Positions 50,636-58,173 of a stretch of DNA of 58,173 nt are shown one piece after another. The translations under genes were made by a program, and so were the position numbers. This DNA is from Candidatus Bathyarchaeota archaeon (lineage in GTDB: Archaea > Thermoproteota > Bathyarchaeia > Bathyarchaeales > Bathycorpusculaceae). The stretch lies in NCBI GenBank assembly GCA_009889605.1, contig WUQU01000530.1:1-58173 (forward strand). Direction: 5' to 3'. A model generated the notes under the pieces. The model saw only the letters and a list, made by a program, of their open reading frames with translations. It made no database searches and was not told where the DNA came from. Numbering within the stretch: position 1 is the first letter of the stretch; the number at the start of each line of letters is the position of its first letter.

Positions 50636-51424
50636 ATGTCAATGGTTGTCCGTGTAAAACAGAAACAAATCGCCCAGCTGATTGCTAAGGGAAAACGCCT
50701 AGACGGCAGAGGACTGCGGGATTACCGTGAAATAAAAATTGAACAGGGAATAATTGAAAAAGCAGAGGGTTCGGCGAGGGTTCTTCTTGGAAAAACAGAG
50801 GTTATGGTTGGAGTGAAAATTGAAACCGGCGAACCTTTCCCAGACACGCCCAACGAAGGAGTTTTAACAGTGAACGCGGAGCTTGTACCTTTAGCGTCGC
50901 CTACATTTGAGCCCGGTCCACCAGACGAAAACTCCATTGAACTTGCAAGAGTTGTTGACAGAGGAATAAGAGAATCAAAAGCCATCGACACGGAAAAACT
51001 TTGCATAACCCATGGCAAAAAAGTTTTCGTGGTGTTTGTTGACATTTACGTGCTTAACCATGACGGAAACTTGATTGACGCTTCAGCCTTAGCTGCGTTG
51101 GCTGCACTGCTAAACACGAAAATGTTCAACTACGAAATTGAAGAAGGCGAAGTTAAAATTAAACCTGGCTACACTTCGCTTCCATTGCGAAAACATCCTA
51201 TCGCTGTTACCTTTGCAAAAATAAACGACAACCTCGTTGTGGATCCATGGCTTGAAGAAGAACAGATAATGGATGCAAGAATAACCATAACAGTGGACGA
51301 CGACGGCAACGTATGTGCGCTTCAGAAGGGAGGAAGCGGCTATTTCACACCGAAACAGGTATTTGAGGCTGTGCAAATTGCTAGAGAAAAAGCCGAAGAA
51401 ATACGAAAAATGTTAGGATGGTGA
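50636..51424 (+). CDS. rrp42: Exosome complex component Rrp42
   Basis: RLDGRG..DYR, KAEGSA, FEPGPPDE, HDGNLIDA. Confidence 0.97.
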   Translation: MSMVVRVKQKQIAQLIAKGKRLDGRGLRDYREIKIEQGIIEKAEGSARVLLGKTEVMVGVKIETGEPFPDTPNEGVLTVNAELVPLASPTFEPGPPDENSIELARVVDRGIRESKAIDTEKLCITHGKKVFVVFVDIYVLNHDGNLIDASALAALAALLNTKMFNYEIEEGEVKIKPGYTSLPLRKHPIAVTFAKINDNLVVDPWLEEEQIMDARITITVDDDGNVCALQKGGSGYFTPKQVFEAVQIAREKAEEIRKMLGW

Positions 51425-51431
51425 AAAAGCC

Positions 51432-51722
51432 ATGGGAAAAAGAACCAAGAAAGTTGGTCCCACGAGAGGGTTAGGTCCCCGCTACGGAGCAACTGTTAGG
51501 AAACGCTACATAAAAATAATCACCGAAATGAAAAAGGATCACAGGTGTCCACAGTGTGGCCTTCCAAGAGTTAAAAGAGTAAGCGTCGGCGTTTGGAAAT
51601 GCGGCAAATGCGGTTTCACATTTACAGGCGGAGCCTACACGCCGACAACAAAACTTGGAGCCGTAGCCAAACGCGTTGCCAAAGGAATGCCGGTAGAGGA
51701 AGCCGAAGCCCCGGAAGAGTGA
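51432..51722 (+). CDS. rpl37ae: 50S ribosomal protein eL43 (L37Ae)
   Basis: GPRYG, CPQC...W.C.KC.....GGAY. Confidence 0.96.
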   Translation: MGKRTKKVGPTRGLGPRYGATVRKRYIKIITEMKKDHRCPQCGLPRVKRVSVGVWKCGKCGFTFTGGAYTPTTKLGAVAKRVAKGMPVEEAEAPEE

Positions 51723-51734
51723 TAGGCTGAAAAC

Positions 51735-52298
51735 TTGATATTGTTAACCACTTCGCGGAGACCTACACAAGCCATAAGAACCTTTTGTAGAGACCTATCA
51801 CATACTTTTCCCAACACGTTGCGCATAAACCGTGGAAAACTAAGCCTAGAAGGCGTGGCGGCAAAAGCCATAGACGCCAACGCTGAAAAAGTTTTGGTTG
51901 TTGAAAGGTGGAAGAGCGGCCCGGGAAAAATACAATTTTTTGAAATAAGCAAAGAAGGCTTGAGGCTTATCCCGCCATTAATTTACTTGAAGGGAGTGAA
52001 GCTTCAAAGGGAGTTTCCGGAAGCCAAGCCTAAAGGCAGAAGAATAAAGTCCCTTGCAATTGAAGCCTCAAAAAGCGGTTCTACAGAAGTTAAAAAGCTT
52101 GAGGAAGCCTTGTCAAAATTTTTTGACATCCCTATTGTTTCTGATGAGAAAAGCCTGAGAGATTATGACGCTTTAATGCAGGTTACGCTTGAACAAGGTT
52201 TTTTAACCCTCACGTTCAGACTTATTCCAGAAATGGTGGAAGTAGGACCCCGCATAAGGATATCTCATTTAATATGGGAAGTTAACCATGAAGGCTAA
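51735..52298 (+). CDS. Brix-domain (Imp4-like) ribosome biogenesis protein
   Basis: MILLTTSRRPT...RTF..DL......RINRGK. Confidence 0.9.
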   Translation: MILLTTSRRPTQAIRTFCRDLSHTFPNTLRINRGKLSLEGVAAKAIDANAEKVLVVERWKSGPGKIQFFEISKEGLRLIPPLIYLKGVKLQREFPEAKPKGRRIKSLAIEASKSGSTEVKKLEEALSKFFDIPIVSDEKSLRDYDALMQVTLEQGFLTLTFRLIPEMVEVGPRIRISHLIWEVNHEG

Positions 52299-52542
52299 GG
52301 CAGTTTTACGCTTGAAGTTCCCGTCAAAAGAAAGTTTAGAGATAGCCTATAGGGCTTTAATGCCGGAAGCGGAGAAACCGGCTACAGCCCGTTCAAAGGC
52401 ATATTTAAGCATCCATGGGGATTTTTTGGTTTTGAACGTTGAAGCTAAAGACACTGTGGCGTTGCGGGCAGCCCTAAACGCCTACTTAAGATGGATTTCC
52501 GCATGCACAAGAGCACTTCAGACGTTAGAGCGTTTGGCATGA
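52288..52542 (+). CDS. pcc1: KEOPS complex subunit Pcc1
   Basis: ALMPE...RS...L.VEAKD..ALRAALN.YLRW. Confidence 0.9.
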   Translation: MKAKAVLRLKFPSKESLEIAYRALMPEAEKPATARSKAYLSIHGDFLVLNVEAKDTVALRAALNAYLRWISACTRALQTLERLA

Positions 52543-52553
52543 CCATTTGAGAA

Positions 52554-53633
52554 TTAGCGGTCTCTTTTCCCTTTTATGTAGTCTTCAACCCATTCTTTCG
52601 CCGTTGAGTCTGGAACTTGAACTGGCGGATGTTTAAAGGCGTAGGAGGATATGCTTATCAATGGGCCGGCGATTTTACGGTCCAACGCCAGTTTAACCGC
52701 ACGTATAACGTCGATAACCACTCCCGCACTGTTAGGCGAATCCTCAACCTCAAGCTTCGCCGAAATCGTAACGGGCAGATTGCCAAACTTTCTTCCCTTA
52801 AGCGTTATATAACATATTTTTTTGTCGCCTAAGAAAGGCACATAGTCTGAAGGCCCTATACGCGTGGGCAACTCGTAGGGGACAAGGCTTGTAACGGCCT
52901 CTGTTTTGCTTATTCGCTTAGTTTTAAGCCTTTCCTCAACAGTCATGTTGAGAAAGTCTGTGTTTCCTCCAAGGTTAAGCTGATAGGTCTCATCAATAAC
53001 AACGCCTCTGTCAATGCAGAGCTTAACAAGGTTCCGATGGAGAATTGTTGCGCCAAGCTGGCTTTTCACGTCGTCGCCTGCCACCGGCAAGCCGCGATCC
53101 TCAAATTTCTTGCTCCAAACCTTGTCTGAAGCGATAAACTCTGGCATACAGTTTACAAAGGCGCATCCAGCATCTAAAGCTGCTTGGGCATAAAAGCGCG
53201 TAGCATGATAGCTTCCCACAGGCAAATAGTTTAGGAGAATTTCTGCTTTTGCCTCCTTTAAAACCTCTGCAACATCAGCGGGCTTAACTTCATTTTCGTT
53301 GTAAACGTTAAAAGCTTCCCGCATATGCGCGGCTGCCCCGTCGAGAATAGGACCGGGGGAAACTTTCACTCCTAGGGGTGGCACATCAGCGAACTTGGCG
53401 CAGCAGTTAGGCTTAGCAAATATGGCTTCAGCCAAGTCTTTGCCAATTTTGCGTTTATCCACCTCGAAGGCTGCGACAAACTTCACGTCTCTTATATGAT
53501 ATCCGCCGAAGTTGACGTGCATTAGCCCGGGAACAGTTTCGTCTTCCCGTGCATTCTTGTAGTATTCTACTCCTTGAACCAGGGCGGAGGCACAGTTGCC
53601 CACGCCGACTATGGCTACACGTATTTCTGGCAA
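52554..53633 (-). CDS. ino1: myo-Inositol-1-phosphate synthase
   Basis: VGVGNCAS.LVQG, NYLPVGS, GDDVKSQLGAT, DSPNSAG. Confidence 0.96.
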   Translation of the reverse strand: MPEIRVAIVGVGNCASALVQGVEYYKNAREDETVPGLMHVNFGGYHIRDVKFVAAFEVDKRKIGKDLAEAIFAKPNCCAKFADVPPLGVKVSPGPILDGAAAHMREAFNVYNENEVKPADVAEVLKEAKAEILLNYLPVGSYHATRFYAQAALDAGCAFVNCMPEFIASDKVWSKKFEDRGLPVAGDDVKSQLGATILHRNLVKLCIDRGVVIDETYQLNLGGNTDFLNMTVEERLKTKRISKTEAVTSLVPYELPTRIGPSDYVPFLGDKKICYITLKGRKFGNLPVTISAKLEVEDSPNSAGVVIDVIRAVKLALDRKIAGPLISISSYAFKHPPVQVPDSTAKEWVEDYIKGKRDR

Positions 53634-53756
53634 ATGGCAATTCTCCTTTTACGCAATTATTGAAGGGATTAGACGAGTCTGCTCTATAACCTTTTCTAGG
53701 CTTATGGCAAGGTTAAAAGGGAACTTTAACAAACATACTTAGAAAGGTGACCGCTT

Positions 53757-54137
53757 ATGGGTGAAGGCGTAGTGGACGTAAAGTTTGAGCCCTTCAGGGA
53801 AATTGTTATAATGGAACGCAACTTTTTCGCATCTCCAGATGACATTGCAAGGTTTGCTTCCATAATTGCAGGAGGAAAAGCTGCAGGACTATATTGGGCT
53901 GAAGGCGTCGTCTTCCTCTATTTTCCTCTTCCAGCGACAACAGAAACAGCAGCTAAAGCGCTTGTAGAATCTAAACGAGTATACTGGACATTTGTTGGGT
54001 ACGCCTTAATGCCCAAATACCAGCCCTTAATTGAGACAAAAGAGAAAATAATGGTCCCCGTCATAGACATGTCTTCAAACCCCATGTTCAGAAAGGTTAC
54101 AAGCTGGCTGAAAGAACAAAAACAAACCCAGCTTTAA
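53757..54137 (+). CDS. Conserved hypothetical protein
   Basis: Clean 126-aa ORF with AGGTGA SD; LYWAEGVVFL motif. Confidence 0.75.
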   Translation: MGEGVVDVKFEPFREIVIMERNFFASPDDIARFASIIAGGKAAGLYWAEGVVFLYFPLPATTETAAKALVESKRVYWTFVGYALMPKYQPLIETKEKIMVPVIDMSSNPMFRKVTSWLKEQKQTQL

Positions 54138-54161
54138 CACGTTTTACACAAACGTGAGTGC

Positions 54162-54578
54162 ATGAGAAAGCAAATCAGTGAAAATAAAGAAGCTGCAATC
54201 CTAATAAGGGGGAGAGTTTTCTCCGGAACCGGGGAAGGTGCCAAATTCATTGAACTTCCATGGGTGAAAAGGCAAATTGAAGAAAAACTCGGATTCACCC
54301 CTTATTCTGGAACCCTAAACATAAAGCTACCAAAAGACGAGGTTAAAATTAAAAAAATTTTGAAAAGGGCAAAGTCCATAGAAATTCTGCCGGCTGAAGG
54401 CTATTGTCCTGGAAAATGTTTCAAAGCACATTTAAGTAGCGGTTTAGAATGTGCCATTGTTTTGCCAGAAGTTAAAGGTTACCCAGAAGACGTCATAGAG
54501 CTTATAGCGCCTGTAAATCTGCGGGAAAAGATGAAGCTCAAAGATGGCGACATACTAGAAGTTGTGGTTACACCTTAG
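54162..54578 (+). CDS. ribK: CTP-dependent riboflavin kinase (no HTH domain)
   Basis: G.V.SG.GEG..F, LGF.PY.GTLN, ELIAPV.LR....LKDGD. Confidence 0.92.
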   Translation: MRKQISENKEAAILIRGRVFSGTGEGAKFIELPWVKRQIEEKLGFTPYSGTLNIKLPKDEVKIKKILKRAKSIEILPAEGYCPGKCFKAHLSSGLECAIVLPEVKGYPEDVIELIAPVNLREKMKLKDGDILEVVVTP

Positions 54579-56075
54579 CACCACTATTTTCCTGTTTTTC
54601 TCTGTAAAAACTCTGCAAATACTCATCTAAGCAATTATTCTTTTTCAAATACAATCCATAATTTACAAGGGCGCTCATGGCTCTTGCAGCGTCCTCTGGA
54701 GAAGAATAAGCGGGAACCCCCAGCTTGTCAAACCTTGAACGCGTGTACAAGGCCATTTCTGTTTCGCCGATGTCACATGCAACAATAGGCTTGAGGTAGT
54801 TGCGGGCAACTCTTACCACACGGTCTATGTAGTCTTCCTGCAGCGCGGGCACATGATGCAACCCAAGAAGTATTATGCCATGAATCTCCGGGTCTTGAAA
54901 AACTATTTCCGCGGCATACTCGAACATTTCTGAAGTTGCGGAGCCAGTGATATCCACCGGGTTTAAGTTTGTTGCAAACCTGGGAAGTTTTCCCTCCGCC
55001 TTAAGCTTTTCAAATTTTTGAAGTGTTTCCTCTGAAAACTGTTTAACTATTAACCCTCTAGATTCGCACTCGTCTGCGGTCATTACGCCTGCCCCGCCAG
55101 CGTCGGTTATTATGGCAACATTTTTCCCTGAAGCTGGAGGCTGCATGGACAACGCCTTTGCCATGTCAAGGAATTCCTCCATGTCCCTTGCCCTTATAAT
55201 TCCAGTTTGCTTAAAAACTGCAGTGTATATTTGGTCTGAACCAACCATGGCTCCAGTGTGAGAAGAAGCCGCTCTAGCGCCAGCCTGTGTCCTGCCTGAT
55301 TTTATCGCTATTAATGGCTTTTTCTTTGTGACTTCTTGGGCAACTTCCATAAGGCTCTTCCATTCTTTGCATCCTCGATGTACATCATTATAACTCGGGT
55401 TTCTTCGTCATAAAGTAGATAACGAAGGATTTCCGCCTCGTTTATATCACATTTGTTTCCGAAACTGACAAATTTGCTTAGGCCAATCTGCGGCCTGTCA
55501 TATAATCGAGAACCGCTACTCCGAAGGCTCCGCTTTGGGTTATCATGGCTATGTTGCCCTTCATGTGACGAGGTGTGGCAACCACTTCTTCGCCTGTTGT
55601 CAAAACTTTTGTTTCCGGCAGAAATAGCATGTCTACACCTGTTTTGAATCGTAAACCCCTAGACAGTTAGGCCCCAGTATTCTTATTCCAGATTTTTCGC
55701 TACAGCTACAATTTTCTCTTCGAGTTCACGTTTTCCAATCTCGCTGAAGCCTGAGCTTATGATGGCAACAGCCTTGACTTTTTTGGCTGCCGCATCTTCC
55801 ATTACTTCGGGAACTGTGTCCGCTGGAACAACGATTACAACCAGTTCAAGTTCTCCTGGAATTGCAGTTAATTTTGGATAACATGGAAAGCCAAGTATGG
55901 ATTTCTCATTAGGGTTAACGGGGTAGATTTCTCCTTTGAAAACGCCTCTCTCTTTGTTTTGGACAAAATTTTTAAGTATTACATGCCCGGCCTTGTTAAT
56001 CTTTTTTGTTGCTCCAACGACAGCAACAGATTTGGGATTAAAAAACACGCCAAGTTGTCTAATTGAACTTTCCAT
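54568..56075 (-). pseudogene. acdA: Acetate--CoA ligase (ADP-forming) alpha subunit with four -1 frameshifts
   Basis: PKSVAVVGAT, ILGPNCLG, TQSGAFG, FVSFGNKCD and AASSHTGA lie in successive frames; single bases are missing near 55695, 55645, 55490 and 55353. Confidence 0.9.
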
Positions 56076-56080
56076 GCTGC

Positions 56081-56923
56081 TCACATCTTTGCTCTAACAA
56101 TAACTATGGGTTTATGTTTTACTGTTTCAAGCATTTCCCAACTTACACCAGTCAAGTTCACTTTAAAGGTTTCAGCCATATCCCAAACCGTTCTGCCAGC
56201 ACCGAAGCCTCTAACACGATTTGCAAACTCGGCGATTGTCAAGGCTTCTTCAGCTGAAAGCTTGCAGCCCGCCACTGCCAAAGGCGTCGCCCTCCTTTTA
56301 AGTTTAAACATCCTCCCAGCTACGTAGGCAAGAAAACCGCCAAAAGAATGAATGCCCTTAAAAGGGTTAGGGTGAGGAGTGAAATGAAAATTTCGAAAGG
56401 AAAAAGTTTTGTCGGTGTCAACAATCATAACAAAAACTTTTCTCTTCAAACTTAACCAAATTTGCCTACGAATTTTCTCCGCTATAGCATCGGCGTTTTT
56501 TAACGGCAAACTCACATAAGAGTGGGGCAAGTTGCTTCCGTCAATGCCGCCTTCAGATCCGAACATCAAAACTTGCAGTAAATTTGCATGTTGCAAGGCG
56601 ACTTGCTTATGGCGGCTTCCCATCTCAAAAGGGTATCTCCGAAGCCTTTGGATAAGCTCCTCTCGCATATGACATACGGGACCAAGGATGTAGCCCCAGA
56701 CGACGGGCATCCACAATTTGGCGATTATTTTTGCGTTTAAACCTGGCTTGACAGAGCTTTCGTCAACGATGTTTTTGAGCGCTGTTGAAATTGCTTTTTC
56801 AGATATAACTACAAAGTCTCCATCTGCAATTTTTCCTTTAACGCTTTCAACTATTTCTTTTAGGTAATCATCGCCTGGGCGCCAGTATTTGGTGGTTACA
56901 GCGTATGCCTTATATTTAGACAT
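56081..56923 (-). CDS. CofE-like gamma-glutamyl ligase family protein
   Basis: GDFVVISEKAIS, GGIDGSN, VMIVDTD, TPLAV. Confidence 0.75.
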   Translation of the reverse strand: MSKYKAYAVTTKYWRPGDDYLKEIVESVKGKIADGDFVVISEKAISTALKNIVDESSVKPGLNAKIIAKLWMPVVWGYILGPVCHMREELIQRLRRYPFEMGSRHKQVALQHANLLQVLMFGSEGGIDGSNLPHSYVSLPLKNADAIAEKIRRQIWLSLKRKVFVMIVDTDKTFSFRNFHFTPHPNPFKGIHSFGGFLAYVAGRMFKLKRRATPLAVAGCKLSAEEALTIAEFANRVRGFGAGRTVWDMAETFKVNLTGVSWEMLETVKHKPIVIVRAKM

Positions 56924-56958
56924 TCAAATCGCGTTTGAAATAAAAATGAAGACGGAGT

Positions 56959-57657
56959 TTAGAGGCTTCTAAACCTAGCTTTGATTTCTTCGATGTTGCA
57001 TTCTGGAGGTTTCAGTTTTCCCTCGGGGCAGAATTCAAGCTCCACACAGTTGGGCCCAGCGTTTTCGAAAATCGAAGGAGCTACCTTCTTCACTTGCCTA
57101 AGCATTTCTGTTGCCACTTCCCTCAACTCCCACTGCGTACGCGCACAGCATCGAAGGTTGAAGAAGTGGCGGAGTTCTCGAGCGTTCATAGTCACAATTA
57201 TATTTGTTTTAGCCGCGTTTGGCAAGATATACCGGGCATCCTCTTTGTGGATTCCCAAGTCTAACAGTTTTTGATAAGTTTTGGAGATGTTTTCCAGGGT
57301 TTCGTCGAAGATCTTTTTTGCTTCGGGTTTTTCCGCTATGCTCGGCGGAGTCACATATTCTTGCAGAGTGTCGTATGTAACGTAGCGTTGGCTTTGCTGC
57401 GTGTACGAGGCAATGCGGTGTCTCACAAGCTGGTGAGTCAACGCCCTAGACACTTCTTCAAGGCTGAAAGTGAAGTTTGCATGTTCTATAACTGAAACGT
57501 GCCCGTAGCCCATAATTCGTTTGAGTGTTTTCCGAGCCTTTTCCAGGTCAAGGCTTTCAAAAATTTCAGATGTGCCTCCGCTTCCAGGCGAAGTTAGAGC
57601 CGCAGCTGCACAAACTCTTTCGGGATCTGGTGTATAGCAAAGTAGTTTAACCTTCAT
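56959..57657 (-). CDS. thyX: FAD-dependent thymidylate synthase
   Basis: GH.S..EH, HQLVRHRIASYTQQSQRYV, EDARYILP, MNAREL.HF..LR. Confidence 0.97.
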   Translation of the reverse strand: MKVKLLCYTPDPERVCAAAALTSPGSGGTSEIFESLDLEKARKTLKRIMGYGHVSVIEHANFTFSLEEVSRALTHQLVRHRIASYTQQSQRYVTYDTLQEYVTPPSIAEKPEAKKIFDETLENISKTYQKLLDLGIHKEDARYILPNAAKTNIIVTMNARELRHFFNLRCCARTQWELREVATEMLRQVKKVAPSIFENAGPNCVELEFCPEGKLKPPECNIEEIKARFRSL

Positions 57658-57723
57658 TTTTAGCCCTCCCCCCTTACTTTAGCGTGAAAGCAATAAATCT
57701 GTTTTGTTCACATTTCTGTGTAG

Positions 57724-58173
57724 GTGCCAATTTTGGCAAGGGAGAAGAAAGCTATCAACTACATAAACGATTTACGCTTAAGCGAGACAGAAAAACAGCG
57801 TGTGCTTGGAAACCTTTTGCTTTTTAAAATATGAGAAATGAACGAAAACTCTCTCCTTGAAGGACTTTTTAGATTTTAACGATTTCATAATGAAGAATAA
57901 AAACGAGATAGGTGCGGCTCAATTTTTTGGAAAGTTCCGCGCTCACGCTTTTGAAGAATATGTTTACCGTTTACTCAGGGAAAAAGTTCACATTAACAAG
58001 CCTTTAGAGTTGTTCTGGGGTGAGAAATGCCAAGTTTGGAGAGGCAGCGGAAAGAGTTACGCTATAGAGTTTGATGTTTCTATTGGAAGAAGAACCTTAG
58101 GCTTTGTGGAGCCAGTCGTTGTTTTTGACGCCAAAGTAGAGCTTGATTCTGCAAGGTTAAAAACTGCATTAGC
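57724..58173 (+). pseudogene. Hypothetical PD-(D/E)XK-like protein, 5' frame disrupted, runs off the window
   Basis: First frame stops at ~57834; the downstream frame has AFEEYV..., EFDVSIG and VVFDAKVELD; indels near 57826 and 57850 would join them. Confidence 0.5.

Overview
Archaeal chromosomal segment, most consistent with a TACK-lineage archaeon such as Bathyarchaeia; this is inferred from gene content and protein style, not from a database search. It holds two long, intact housekeeping blocks. The first runs rps13-rps4-rps11-rpoD-rpl18e-rpl13-rps9-rpoN-eno-rps2-MEMO1-mvk-ipk-fni-idsA-gltX-srp19. The second runs rps8e, smc-scpA-scpB, psmA-SBDS-rrp4-rrp41-rrp42-rpl37ae-Brix-pcc1. The window also carries mtnA-endA-hisS, tRNA-Gly(GCC), ino1, ribK and thyX. 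The accessory genes between these blocks include: a bacterial-type rsmH; a divergent pair of paralogous His-bearing membrane proteins; a DUF4382 surface protein beside a membrane-anchored HTH regulator; a Pat-like acyl-CoA ligase/GNAT fusion; vapBC; and a pilin / prefoldin-like / Roadblock-DPBB / Roadblock operon with two HTH genes, the best candidate here for an undescribed system. About 14 accessory genes, including the ADP-forming acetate-CoA ligase alpha subunit, carry 1-bp indels, nonsense codons or apparent deletions, while the core genes read through uninterrupted. This points to gene-selective decay. No CRISPR array, integrase or transposase was found.
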